From contig JBMFVV010000002.1 of the NCBI GenBank assembly GCA_049965815.1, positions 46,004 through 110,003 on the forward strand: a DNA stretch of 64,000 nucleotides. The letters are read 5' to 3'. The position numbers were made by a program, and so were the translations under genes. This document shows, one piece after another, positions 9,451 to 19,449 of this stretch. The notes beneath the pieces are model-generated. The model was not told where the DNA came from, ran no database searches, and worked only from the letters and a program-made list of their open reading frames with translations. Each line of letters opens with the position of its first letter. Position 1 is the stretch's first letter. The DNA comes from Thermoplasmata archaeon. GTDB lineage: Archaea > Thermoplasmatota > Thermoplasmata > Thermoplasmatales > GCA-001856825.

Positions 9451-10644
9451 TTACCACCTCAGCATTTCAACCTTTACTAACTGTCCTTCCTCCACGCCCT
9501 CCAGATTTTCGTCTATGACCATGATGCCATCCGCATCTATCACTGAGTAAATTACACCAGAGCCAGTGATTCTCGAAGGTATAACTTTCATTTTCCCCCC
9601 GCTATCCTCCACCTTGACCCTGACGAAGCTCTTAAAACCTAGGGCGTTTACCACACTTCTTTGTAGTACCCCCTCCCTGATCTCCTTTGCCCCAGGGATC
9701 AGGTCAAACCATTTCTCTATCACCCTTATGATCAGATTTTCTGACGCCACAAGTGCCGCCACAGGCAATCCAGAAAGCGTGAAGACTGGTTTGCCGTTCA
9801 CGATAGCGAAAGATGTTGTCCTTCCCGGCCGTATTTTTAAGCCTCTGAAAACATACTTCCCATTCTTTTCCACGACATATGGTAAATAATCCTTCTCTCC
9901 TGGTCCTGTCCCTCCTGTAACAATTATCACGTCCTCCTTTATGCTATCTAGTTTTCGCTTGATCTTTTCAATGTCATCTTGAACTGCTCCATACCCCTTT
10001 GTCTTAAATCCCATTCTCTCAAAATAGGATATCAGCAATGGCTGTGTAGAATTTACAACGTCTCCGGAAACTATTTCATCTCCAGTTGAAATGATGCCTA
10101 CGGATAGGGAACATACGCTGATTTCCTTTATTCCACATTCATATAATGCGGCAACGTGCGATGGGTTCACCTTTTCCCCTCTCTTGACTATTGTAATGCC
10201 TTTCATCATATCCTCCCCCTTTCTACTCACGTTCTGAAGTGGCCTGACAGGGGAAAATACCTCAAGTAAATCGCCTGTTTGCTTTGTATCCTCCATCATT
10301 ACAACTGCATTAGTGCCTGATGGTACAGGAGCACCTGTCATGATCCTGACCGCCTCCCCCTTTCCAACAGCGATTGAGATTCGCGAAGAAGGGAACAGTT
10401 CTCCTTTGATGGTGAATGTGGCTGGATTTGTCTTGCTTGCGGAAATTGTTTCGTTGGAATCTATTGCGTATCCGTCCATCGCGCTTCTGTCATTTTTGGG
10501 GAAATCGTGGGGTGACTTCACCTCTTCCATGGAGTACTTTCCGACTGCCTTTAGAACGGGAATCTTCTCATGGCTGATCCTGGGTGCGTATTTTTTAGCC
10601 TTCAAAATGGCATCTTCAAGGGAAATGAAAGTTTTAAACTCCAT
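9451..10644 (-). CDS. moeA: MoeA-type molybdopterin molybdenum/tungsten transferase (short paralog)
   Basis: 397 aa with motifs NDRSAMDGYAI, GIISTGDEI, VTGGTGPGEKD and IRPGRTTSFA. Its stop lies 1 nt from the start of the long moeA. Confidence 0.85.
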   Translation of the reverse strand: MEFKTFISLEDAILKAKKYAPRISHEKIPVLKAVGKYSMEEVKSPHDFPKNDRSAMDGYAIDSNETISASKTNPATFTIKGELFPSSRISIAVGKGEAVRIMTGAPVPSGTNAVVMMEDTKQTGDLLEVFSPVRPLQNVSRKGEDMMKGITIVKRGEKVNPSHVAALYECGIKEISVCSLSVGIISTGDEIVSGDVVNSTQPLLISYFERMGFKTKGYGAVQDDIEKIKRKLDSIKEDVIIVTGGTGPGEKDYLPYVVEKNGKYVFRGLKIRPGRTTSFAIVNGKPVFTLSGLPVAALVASENLIIRVIEKWFDLIPGAKEIREGVLQRSVVNALGFKSFVRVKVEDSGGKMKVIPSRITGSGVIYSVIDADGIMVIDENLEGVEEGQLVKVEMLRW

Positions 10645-10677
10645 AAATAAAAAATTATTACACCCCTAAAACGTTTG

Positions 10678-11571
10678 CTAAAAAACAAGCTCCTTTGCTT
10701 TATCAGTCATAACTCTCAGATACCTTGCCTTTTGAATTGACCGTACATACGCGAAATAATAGCTGCCCTCTATGTTAAATCTTACATATGGGTCTTCATC
10801 AGTCCCTACAATCTCATACGGTATTCCAGATACGTCATTAAAATCGAGGGACTCCTCTGTCAGTAGATAGTACCTTCCGTTCAAAGAGGCCAGATTCTTG
10901 TAGTCTAGTAGTGATAAAGTCCTGTAATGCTGAATTTTTGAGACTGAATCGACGACCTCGACTACCTGCCCTTCATCTATTGAAACAAGTGACGAAAATC
11001 CTATTTCCATGTCCTTTGCATTGTGCGTTGCATAGATATAGTCGAAGTCATATGTTTTTGAAAACTCATCTATAAGACTTATTAGACCTAGACGAGATAT
11101 CTCGTCCTGGAAGGAAAACGGTTCGTCCATTAACAGGACTGATGGCCTAGAGATGATTGCTCTGGCAATTGCTACCCTCTGTGCCTGTCCCAGTGAAATC
11201 TCGTTCGTTCTTTTCTGTAATAACGGAGTGAGACCCATTCGATCAGAGACCTCCCTATAAACATCAATATCCCCGTTCCCGTATCTGATGGATGAGAGCA
11301 GGTTGCCATCAACTGTCATTGTACCGAAGAGTAGGAGATCCTGCGGGATGTACCCTATATTCCTTTTCTGAGGCTCCAATGAACCTATGTTCCTACCATT
11401 CAGCTCGAATTCCCCTGAGCTTTCCACCAGTCCGGCCAGAGACTGAAGGAGTGTTGTCTTACCAGCTCCATTCTTACCTATGACAAAATTTCTCTTACCT
11501 TCCAGCTCAACATCTTGAATGGATAAGGTGAAACCTCCCCTTGTCACGGAATAGTTAGACAATCTTATCAT
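10678..11571 (-). CDS. ABC transporter ATP-binding subunit; molybdate/tungstate type (ModC/WtpC-like) by context
   Basis: Walker A GKNGAGKTT, signature-like ISLGQAQR and Walker B LLMDEPFS, plus an extra C-terminal ~90-aa domain. It overlaps the permease gene by 4 nt. Confidence 0.85.
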   Translation of the reverse strand: MIRLSNYSVTRGGFTLSIQDVELEGKRNFVIGKNGAGKTTLLQSLAGLVESSGEFELNGRNIGSLEPQKRNIGYIPQDLLLFGTMTVDGNLLSSIRYGNGDIDVYREVSDRMGLTPLLQKRTNEISLGQAQRVAIARAIISRPSVLLMDEPFSFQDEISRLGLISLIDEFSKTYDFDYIYATHNAKDMEIGFSSLVSIDEGQVVEVVDSVSKIQHYRTLSLLDYKNLASLNGRYYLLTEESLDFNDVSGIPYEIVGTDEDPYVRFNIEGSYYFAYVRSIQKARYLRVMTDKAKELVF

Positions 11572-12359
11572 TTTTCACGCTCCAGAAGCTTGATCAACAG
11601 AAGAGCTACCAGTCCTGTAAGTATGAGAATGGAAGATGAAGCAACGGCTGTTGGCAAACCAACCGACAGGAATTGATAGTATATCAACACTCCAGCTAAA
11701 TGGATTCCGCTAGGCAAAATGGAGAATGCTACAATGAGGAGACTTCCAACCTCTGACACTGACCTGGCCCAGGAGAGGATCAGCCCGCGAAGAAGTGCCT
11801 TTCCCATGGAAGGAATTCCGATAACGAAATAGCTTTTGAGCGGGGTCATTCCGAGCGTTCTACCGATATCTTCGTACTTCATGACGTCTCTTGAGTACGA
11901 AATCTGGACTGCTCTGATTGCATAGGCTGAAGAGAGAAAGAACAGCGACACAATAACTGCAAGGAACGTGTCGAGGAACTGATAGCCTGGGTAAATCCTG
12001 GAAATCAACTTCCCAATGGGCATGTCCGGTTCAAATGTAATAAGCATCATGATCCCGACAACAGTATGCGGAATCATGATCGGGAGCTCTACTAAACTGT
12101 CTAACGATTTCGTAACTACGTGTTTACTCCTGGAAACAAAGTACACATATGGTATTGAGAACGCGATCGATAGAACGGCGACAAGAAGCGCAAGCAGATA
12201 TGTATATTCCAAGCTCTGAAAAATTCCATTAGAGCTAGCCTTCACAATACTGTAAAAGCTTTGGAATGTAAGTGTCCTGAATACTGGAGTAAGAATAAAA
12301 ATGATATAAATTGCAAAGAATGGAATGAAGAGGTAATAGAGAGAGTTTACCCTCTTCAT
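11568..12359 (-). CDS. ABC transporter permease (ModB/WtpB-like by context)
   Basis: 263-aa polytopic ORF. It has 4-nt overlaps with both the binding-protein gene and the ATPase gene. Confidence 0.8.
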   Translation of the reverse strand: MKRVNSLYYLFIPFFAIYIIFILTPVFRTLTFQSFYSIVKASSNGIFQSLEYTYLLALLVAVLSIAFSIPYVYFVSRSKHVVTKSLDSLVELPIMIPHTVVGIMMLITFEPDMPIGKLISRIYPGYQFLDTFLAVIVSLFFLSSAYAIRAVQISYSRDVMKYEDIGRTLGMTPLKSYFVIGIPSMGKALLRGLILSWARSVSEVGSLLIVAFSILPSGIHLAGVLIYYQFLSVGLPTAVASSSILILTGLVALLLIKLLEREK

Positions 12360-13612
12360 ATCTCTTCATAGGATGACGTAGGAATATAGCTGGGAATGGG
12401 TTGTGTTATTTCATTTATAAGGGACGGGACAGTTTGATTCACAGAGTATAGGAATGGGGTTGATATTGGGTTAAAGTCAGAAGAACTGAGTAGACTTGAC
12501 CCAAGATCGGAGACAAGGTAATAGATCACCTGCTGTGCTTCGAAGGAATTTTTGGAGGAACCCAAAATCGTTGCCGAGTAGAGTATAGGCCCACCCGGGA
12601 AGTCCCCTATGTTGCTGTATCCTGGACCCTGCGACGTTACTGCTCCATAGAATGTCACTACTGAGCTGCTCAGATTCCCAAGATTTATCCAGGGTGAGAG
12701 ACCGTTAGATCCCTTATCATTCTGATAGTAGTAGAGGTGCTGATTTATGGCTTGAGATCTATAGGTAAGTGCATAATCCACAGATTTAGAAGTGAGATAT
12801 GCATCCAGTCCGTATTCCTCTGTAGTTGTTATCAGGTTTCCGTGCTTGTAGGAATAGTTAAAAAGCTGGTCGTAAAGAGCCATAGGATCATTTGCTGGAT
12901 ACCCTCCCCCATATTTGTCCTTGGAGAGCGTTCCATTCTGCCCGAACCAACTGTTCCAGGCAGTATTGTACATCCCATACAGGCTTGAATTGTTACCCCA
13001 GGCCTGATGTACGAAATAGCCTATTGTGTGCCCACTTTTACCAAGAATTGTGCTATTATTGTATTGAGTATAGAGTATTCCCGCTAGCTTCACCATCTCA
13101 ATTGCCTGGAAACCACTAGGATCAAGACTTGCATTGGAAACACCTACTTTCACTCCGGGTGCCGTGAGATTCTCGAACCAGTAAGGTGTAGAAATGGCGT
13201 AGCTGTTGTTTAACCATGTTATTGCCATCTCATTAGACGCGAAAATCACCATCCATGAAGCAGTCTTGTTAGGGAACATGTATTGAGGAATAACGCCCGC
13301 AGCTGCAGAAATAAATATATCAAACGGAGTACCAGCGTCTATCTCGCTTGCGCCTGAGACTGAACCACCAAAGGTAGGTACTACTTTTATTCCTGTCGCA
13401 TTCTCGAACTTAGGAAACAGCTGATCGCCAAGAACATACGTCAACGATCCTGCGGCAAAGACTGTCACTGGAGAAGCTTTCTTTTCTGGAGACGAATAAA
13501 GAGAATGACCAACAGTTATACCAACTCCAACTCCTATTAAAAGAAAGGCAACGATAATTACGGCAGTTAATTTTCTTCCCATAAAACAGAATTTTCTGGT
13601 ATTATATAACAT
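12356..13612 (-). CDS. Extracellular solute-binding protein, molybdate/tungstate type (ModA/WtpA-like), membrane anchored
   Basis: N-terminal TM/signal segment (KLTAVIIVAFLLIGVGVGI). The ModA/WtpA-like core reads VFAAGSLTYVL..TFGGSVSGASEIDAGTPFDIFISAA. An alternative start is M11 at 13582. Confidence 0.75.
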   Translation of the reverse strand: MLYNTRKFCFMGRKLTAVIIVAFLLIGVGVGITVGHSLYSSPEKKASPVTVFAAGSLTYVLGDQLFPKFENATGIKVVPTFGGSVSGASEIDAGTPFDIFISAAAGVIPQYMFPNKTASWMVIFASNEMAITWLNNSYAISTPYWFENLTAPGVKVGVSNASLDPSGFQAIEMVKLAGILYTQYNNSTILGKSGHTIGYFVHQAWGNNSSLYGMYNTAWNSWFGQNGTLSKDKYGGGYPANDPMALYDQLFNYSYKHGNLITTTEEYGLDAYLTSKSVDYALTYRSQAINQHLYYYQNDKGSNGLSPWINLGNLSSSVVTFYGAVTSQGPGYSNIGDFPGGPILYSATILGSSKNSFEAQQVIYYLVSDLGSSLLSSSDFNPISTPFLYSVNQTVPSLINEITQPIPSYIPTSSYEEI

Positions 13613-13637
13613 TTATACAGTTTCAGGCTGTAAATCA

Positions 13638-13674
13638 ATTTGCCAGGGGAAGAACTCTCTCATAACAGGCAAAT
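13638..13674. promoter_or_regulatory. Inverted repeat ATTTGCC-N23-GGCAAAT in the divergent binding-protein/aor intergenic region
   Basis: The 7-nt arms were read directly (13638-13644 and 13668-13674). The right arm abuts the A/T box aaataaatatatt, about 25-30 nt upstream of the aor GTG start. Confidence 0.3.
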
Positions 13675-13703
13675 AAATATATTGAATCATTTATTGGAAG
13701 TTT

Positions 13704-15557
13704 GTGTACGGAGTTAATGGAAAGATATTATGGGTAGATCTGGACGATGGAAGTTTTAAAGAAGAAGCGATCCCAGAGGAAATTTACAGGAAATATCTAG
13801 CTGGATATGGCCTGGGCGTATACATTCTGAACAGGGAGATGTCTGGGAATGAAGACCCTCTGGGTCCAAAGAACATACTTGGCGTGATGAGTGGTATATT
13901 CAACAGCCACGGTGTCCCTCTGGGAGGGAGACTAGAGATCGTTGCCAAATCACCTGCTACTGGCACTTGGGGGGACGCAAATTGCGGTGGAAAATTTGGA
14001 CCTGAATTGAAGAACAGTGGATTCGATGCTGTATTTTTCAGGGGCATGTCAAAGGAACCTGTATACCTGAAGATAGTAGATGGTAAGTACTCTCTGGAGA
14101 GCGCAGCTGAGATATGGGGAAAGAATGCTTATGCTACAGAAGACTATTTAAAGAAGATAGAACCAAGGGGGCAGGCACTCGTCATTGGGGTTCCGGGTGA
14201 GAAAAAACTGCTCATCTCCTCCATAATGAACGATTATGGAAGGGCTGCGGGAAGATCAGGTCTTGGTGCCGTAATGGGTTCAAAGAAGATTAAAGGCATA
14301 ATTGTGAGGGGAACAACAAGAATTGCACCGTTTGACAGAGAAATGCTGATTCAGACCAACAAGGAAATACAGATATTGTTCAACAAGAATATTGATCTTG
14401 CAAGACCGTGGCAATTATTCGGTACAACCTCCATAACGGAATCTGCACACCTGAACGGTGACACGCCCATAAAGAACTGGGCAGGCTATGGCCTCAGGGA
14501 CTATGGTGAAGAGAACGCTAAGAAGATCAGTGGTGAGGAGATCGCTAAGGATAAACTTAGATCTTACGGCTGTGCACAGTGTACCCTTGCCTGCGGTGGT
14601 TACGTTAAAAGGAACACGAAATATGGCCCAATCGAAGGGCACAGGCTGGAGTATGAAGGAACAGGCTCATTCGGCGGGTTAAATCTGAACTCTGATCTGG
14701 ATGCCATGGCAATGGCCTTTGAAATATGCAACAGGGAGGGACTCGACATTATATCTGCTGGTGCAGTTATAGCGTTTGCAAACGAGTGTTTCGAGAAGGG
14801 AATACTCAAGGAGGAAGATATCGGGTTCAAGATAGGATTTGGAGACCCTGATGCAATGGTAAGGATGGTAAAGCTGATAGCGTCAGGAGAAGGAATTGGC
14901 GGTATACTCGGCATGGGGACAGAGATAGCATCCAAGAAGATTGGAAAATCCAGCGATAAGATTGCAATGAATATGCACGGGCAGGACCTTCCAATGCACG
15001 ATCCAAAGCTCATGCCTAGCCTTGCAACTACCTACATAGCAGATCCTACTCCAGGCAGGCATACAGCAGGTGGAATAGGGTTTGATGAGGGGGGAACTCT
15101 GACTCTTCCATTCGAGTACAATGGTTCCGGGACTAAGATAGAAAGGTATGACTACGAAGGGAAAGGGAAGATGCAGTCGCTGTCTTCCTATGGTATGCAG
15201 GTAATGAATGCCACTGGAATGTGCCAGTTCTCCACAGCGGTGTGGCCAAACAGCTATCCTTACCTGAAGCTAATGAAAGCAATCATGGGATGGGATATGA
15301 CTGCTGATGAACTCATGGAAGTGGGGAAGAGAATACAAGTGGCAAGGTATCTTTTCAATTACAAGGCGGGGGTGAACCCATGGAATGTAACTCCACCGGG
15401 GAGAGTAATAGGGAACCCACCATTGGAAGGGGGACCTACTGGCGGGGTTTCAATCGACTACCAGAGACTGGTGAAGGATTATCTGGATGAAGTTGGAATT
15501 GAAAAGGATGGACGACCAAGTGATGATGTACTTAGACAGCTGGGTATAGAGGTCTAG
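13704..15557 (+). CDS. aor: Aldehyde:ferredoxin oxidoreductase family (tungstopterin enzyme)
   Basis: 617 aa. The GTG start gives MYGVNGKILWVDLDDG, matching the canonical AOR N-terminus MYG..G..L.V.L. AOR-family length and layout are consistent throughout. Confidence 0.9.
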   Translation: MYGVNGKILWVDLDDGSFKEEAIPEEIYRKYLAGYGLGVYILNREMSGNEDPLGPKNILGVMSGIFNSHGVPLGGRLEIVAKSPATGTWGDANCGGKFGPELKNSGFDAVFFRGMSKEPVYLKIVDGKYSLESAAEIWGKNAYATEDYLKKIEPRGQALVIGVPGEKKLLISSIMNDYGRAAGRSGLGAVMGSKKIKGIIVRGTTRIAPFDREMLIQTNKEIQILFNKNIDLARPWQLFGTTSITESAHLNGDTPIKNWAGYGLRDYGEENAKKISGEEIAKDKLRSYGCAQCTLACGGYVKRNTKYGPIEGHRLEYEGTGSFGGLNLNSDLDAMAMAFEICNREGLDIISAGAVIAFANECFEKGILKEEDIGFKIGFGDPDAMVRMVKLIASGEGIGGILGMGTEIASKKIGKSSDKIAMNMHGQDLPMHDPKLMPSLATTYIADPTPGRHTAGGIGFDEGGTLTLPFEYNGSGTKIERYDYEGKGKMQSLSSYGMQVMNATGMCQFSTAVWPNSYPYLKLMKAIMGWDMTADELMEVGKRIQVARYLFNYKAGVNPWNVTPPGRVIGNPPLEGGPTGGVSIDYQRLVKDYLDEVGIEKDGRPSDDVLRQLGIEV

Positions 15558-16306
15558 AGGAAGAGTTCCTTTTCGTCCTTCACTACGGAATAGTTGAATA
15601 TCGGGCCATCTTCACAGGCATAAAAGTGCCCCACATTGCAGTGTCCGCAGACGCCTATGCCACATTCCATACGTCTCTCGAGTGAAAGGTAAATCCGGTC
15701 TTCCCGATATCCCAGACTGATTGCCTCCTTGATAGTATTCTTCATCATTAGTGGAGGACCGATCACAAACATCGCAGCCTTTTTGCTGAAATGGCTATCC
15801 TTTATAATAGAAGGCACAAATCCGACATTGCCATTCCAGTTTTCATCACCTTTGTCTACCGTCAGATGTATGTCAACGTATCTTTTCCATTCCTCTATCT
15901 CTTTCTTATAAACAAGATCTGACGGTGATCTGGCGCCATACATCAGCTCAATGTCACTCTCCCTTTTCGCGTCAATCATCTCTTCTATAAGGCTCCTTAT
16001 GGGCGGTATTCCAATTCCTCCAGCTACCGCAACTATTTCCTCATACTCCTTCCACGGCCAGTTCGTCCCGTACGGGCCTCTGACACCAATTTTTGTTTGT
16101 CCTCTTGCCTTTGAAGTCACAGACCCTATGCTCCTGATGGTGAAAACGAGATCTCTCCCAAAACCTGAGGCGACGGATATAGGTGCCTCGCCAACTCCCT
16201 GCACAGATAGCATGTAAAATTGACCGGATTTCCCTTCATTTTTTGCCTCCAATTTCAGTGTATATATGTCCGGGGCCTCATCAAATTGCCTCGAAACTTT
16301 TACCAT
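15554..16306 (-). CDS. PyrK/HydG-like FAD/NAD(P)-binding oxidoreductase subunit with a C-terminal [2Fe-2S] site
   Basis: 250 aa. It has a ferredoxin-reductase-like fold signature (GQFYMLSV, AGGIGIPP) and the C-terminal motif CGIGVCGHCNVGHFYACEDGPIF, the same motif seen in pyrK at 22337-23086. Confidence 0.8.
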   Translation of the reverse strand: MVKVSRQFDEAPDIYTLKLEAKNEGKSGQFYMLSVQGVGEAPISVASGFGRDLVFTIRSIGSVTSKARGQTKIGVRGPYGTNWPWKEYEEIVAVAGGIGIPPIRSLIEEMIDAKRESDIELMYGARSPSDLVYKKEIEEWKRYVDIHLTVDKGDENWNGNVGFVPSIIKDSHFSKKAAMFVIGPPLMMKNTIKEAISLGYREDRIYLSLERRMECGIGVCGHCNVGHFYACEDGPIFNYSVVKDEKELFL

Positions 16307-16319
16307 CTTTGGAATATAT

Positions 16320-17237
16320 TCATTCGAGAGAGTAGTCGTGAGTGATCACCTCCTTTATATCTATATCAACCGGGCAATCCTCAACACATCTGTTGCAGCC
16401 AGTGCATAGGAACTCATCCTTGGATTTCTTGAAATAAACAAACTTGTGATAAAATCTCTGCCTCAATCTCTCATCCAGACCGTTCCTGATGTTTCCAGCT
16501 GATGACGAAGTGAATCCCGAGAGAATGCATGAATCCCATTCTCTTTTTCTTTCATCCCCATCGTCATAGAGATCAAAGCAATAGCAAGTGGGGCAGGAAT
16601 AGTTGCAGGCTCCGCAAGAAATGCATCTAGATGCAAACTCCTTCCAGAGTGGGGAATTCCACTTGATCCTATTTTCCAAACCGTCTACATTGAGAGCTGG
16701 CATCATTGAGTTGAATCTATCCTTGAACTCCGTGAAGTATGTTCCATCCTCGTTCCTGTAATCACTGAAGTATCCGTTGTATTTGTCAGAAACCATTATG
16801 TGGTACTGATCGCCCTCTCTTAGTACCTGAATATCGTATTCGTCAAGAACAGGTCCACCAAAAGACGAACAGAATCCTCCCTCACAGGGGGTATTACAGA
16901 CGAAATTGACGAAGAGTGTTTTCTTTCGTCTTTCAGTATAGAATGGATCTTTGTTGAGTACCTGCCTGTCCATTAAATAGAATCCTTTGAGGTCACAGCT
17001 TTTGATGCCAAACACAGCCCTCTTTTCCTGTTCCTCAAGGAACAAAACGTTCTCATTCCTCTTGATGAGGAATTCTTTAGGTGCATATCTTGATTTTTTC
17101 TCTGAAATTTCATCTAGACTATTTGCCCTATCAAAAATAACTTCCCCTTCTCTTTCAACCGCTCCATATGCCTCAAAGTCTTTAGAGATTGCAGTGAAAA
17201 CTTTGCCCATTTCTTCTTTGCTCAGTATATAGTTCAA
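16320..17237 (-). CDS. HydB/AsrA-like iron-sulfur subunit (2x[4Fe-4S])
   Basis: 305 aa with two ferredoxin-type clusters, CISCGACNYSCPTCYC and CTGCNRCVEDCPVDI. The TTG start overlaps the fdhA stop (TTGA). Confidence 0.75.
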   Translation of the reverse strand: MNYILSKEEMGKVFTAISKDFEAYGAVEREGEVIFDRANSLDEISEKKSRYAPKEFLIKRNENVLFLEEQEKRAVFGIKSCDLKGFYLMDRQVLNKDPFYTERRKKTLFVNFVCNTPCEGGFCSSFGGPVLDEYDIQVLREGDQYHIMVSDKYNGYFSDYRNEDGTYFTEFKDRFNSMMPALNVDGLENRIKWNSPLWKEFASRCISCGACNYSCPTCYCFDLYDDGDERKREWDSCILSGFTSSSAGNIRNGLDERLRQRFYHKFVYFKKSKDEFLCTGCNRCVEDCPVDIDIKEVITHDYSLE

Positions 17238-19246
17238 GTTAACACCCTCACTGCAACTACCTTGAACTCCGGAATCTTTGAAAGCTGGTCAAGATTCTTT
17301 CCCACAAGCCTGTTGACTCTGGACTCATCATAATGGAATGGTACAAATACAATCCCTGGAGGTACCTTGTCTGTTATCCGCGCCTTAGTCTTTATTGTTC
17401 CATGTCTTGATTCAATTGTTACGTTTTGTGAATTCCTGATTCCAAGCCTTTTTGCATCGACTGCATTTATCTCTGCATACGGTTCTGGAGACTCCCTCTC
17501 CAGGATGTCTGACCTTCTACTCATTGTGCCAGAATGATACTGGAAGTAATTTCTGCCAGTAGTCATGATCATATTGTATTTTTCGTCCACCGCTTCAGCG
17601 GGAGGTCCGTAGACAACCGGAACGAACTTAGCCTTTCCCAGGGGAAACGTCTTGGTGTGTAAAATCTCTGTACCTTCCGGGTTTTCGGCGTTTATAGGCC
17701 ACTGCTTCCCTATTGGGTAGATGTTTTCGTAAGTAGCGCCGGAATATCCGGGAATTGCCTGGCGAATTTCATCAAAAATTTCTCTCGGAGATTCATACCC
17801 TGAAATGCCAGCAACCCTCTTCCCTATTTCATTCAATATCCACCAATCTGGTTTGGCTTCCCCGGGGCTTGTATAAACAGCGTTGACCTTTTGAATCCTT
17901 CTCTCTGTATTCGTGAAAGTTCCCTCTTTCTCGAGGGAGGTTGATGCTGGAAGTACTATGTCTGCCGCTCCAGCAGTAAGCGTCATGAATATGTCCTGGA
18001 CAACGAACAGTTCCAAGTTGTTTATTCCAGCTTCAACATCACTTACCGATGCCTCAGTCACCAGGGGGTTTTCACCCATGACATATATCGCCTTTATCCG
18101 TCCTTCTGCTGCAGCATCGAACATTTCAGACAGAGTCAGTCCCTTCTTTCTTGGCAGGTTTTTATTCCACAGTTTTTCAAATCTATCAACCTTTGGTGAG
18201 TCCACGGGTACATACCCTGGATACCATTCTGAAAGTACACCCATGTCCGATGAACCCTGGACATTGTTCTGCCCCCTCAGTGGGAATATACCTGATCCCC
18301 TAACACCCAAATTTCCAGAAAGCAATGCGAGATTTGAAACTGACATCACATTTTCGGTACCATGAATGTGCTGCGTAATCCCCATTGCGTATAATATGGA
18401 CGTTGGCCGTTCCTTTGCAATCAGCCTTGCCGCGATCCGTACATCTTCCGGTTTTATTCCTGTAATGTCTTCAGTTACTTCTGGCGCATGTTTTTCTACT
18501 GCCTTTCTGAAGTCTGAAAATCCCTCAGTTCTTTCTGCGATGAACTTTTCATCTTCAAGATGCTCTTCGATTATTACATACATTATCGAATTCAGGAGAG
18601 CTATGTCTGTGCCAGGGTTGAATTGAAGATGTAATGTAGCCAATTCAGCAAGCTGAGTCTTCCTGGGATCCGCAACAACAAGATTTTTCCCCTTCTTCCT
18701 TTCTTTTACTATATTGGTTCCAATGATAGGATGCTGCTCAGTGGTGTTAGAACCGATGACAAAGAATGTTCTTGAATCGCTTAGACTTGCGATCGAACCA
18801 GTAGCGGCTCCTGCACCTAGTGTAGTTATAAGCCCAAGTGCAGTTGGACTGTGACAGCTTCTTGCACAGTGATCTATATTGTTAGTCCCCACAAGCCTTG
18901 CTATTTTCTGCATAAGATAGTTCTCTTCATTTGTGCACTTAGCGGATGCCTGGAAGGCAACAGAATCCGGGCCATATTCCTTTATTATTGCCTTCAACCT
19001 GTTTGCAGTCTCATCCAGCGCTTCCTTCCACGTAGCAGTTTCGAAGTTTTCGCCTCTCTTAATAAGAGGATATTTGAGTCTATCACGAGAGAAGTTGTAA
19101 GAAAGACCTGAATATCCTTTAATGCATAGTTTACCTGCGTTCACGGGTGATTTCGAATAACCAATTACACGTTCATCGGTACCTTTGTCATTAATAACGA
19201 TCTGACATCCCGTCCCACAGTATGGGCAAACGGTAAGAACAGACAC
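17234..19246 (-). CDS. fdhA: Formate dehydrogenase alpha subunit (bis-MGD molybdo/tungstopterin oxidoreductase), Cys type
   Basis: 670 aa with a GTG start. The N-terminal [4Fe-4S] motif is CPYCGTGC..C. The active-site segment IDHCARSCHSPT has Cys at the Sec/Cys position. Confidence 0.9.
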   Translation of the reverse strand: MSVLTVCPYCGTGCQIVINDKGTDERVIGYSKSPVNAGKLCIKGYSGLSYNFSRDRLKYPLIKRGENFETATWKEALDETANRLKAIIKEYGPDSVAFQASAKCTNEENYLMQKIARLVGTNNIDHCARSCHSPTALGLITTLGAGAATGSIASLSDSRTFFVIGSNTTEQHPIIGTNIVKERKKGKNLVVADPRKTQLAELATLHLQFNPGTDIALLNSIMYVIIEEHLEDEKFIAERTEGFSDFRKAVEKHAPEVTEDITGIKPEDVRIAARLIAKERPTSILYAMGITQHIHGTENVMSVSNLALLSGNLGVRGSGIFPLRGQNNVQGSSDMGVLSEWYPGYVPVDSPKVDRFEKLWNKNLPRKKGLTLSEMFDAAAEGRIKAIYVMGENPLVTEASVSDVEAGINNLELFVVQDIFMTLTAGAADIVLPASTSLEKEGTFTNTERRIQKVNAVYTSPGEAKPDWWILNEIGKRVAGISGYESPREIFDEIRQAIPGYSGATYENIYPIGKQWPINAENPEGTEILHTKTFPLGKAKFVPVVYGPPAEAVDEKYNMIMTTGRNYFQYHSGTMSRRSDILERESPEPYAEINAVDAKRLGIRNSQNVTIESRHGTIKTKARITDKVPPGIVFVPFHYDESRVNRLVGKNLDQLSKIPEFKVVAVRVLT

Positions 19247-19449
19247 TACCCCTTATTGCTTCACGCTATAAACACTTAACTCAGTTGGTCTTGCCACTGT
19301 CACAACCCTTGACCAATCATGGTTGTGGGATGAGGGGGTCTATGTCAATCTTAAGTTGTAAGATAACTAAAACTTAGAAAGATTGCATGAAGCTTGAAGA
19401 ATTGACTGCACATTATTTTATGGGTTACTGAATTTGGTGGTTTAATGGG

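Noticed and set aside
17234-19246. Selenocysteine-containing formate dehydrogenase
   Set aside because: The ORF is continuous with no in-frame TGA, and the residue at the Sec/Cys position is Cys (CARSCHSPT).
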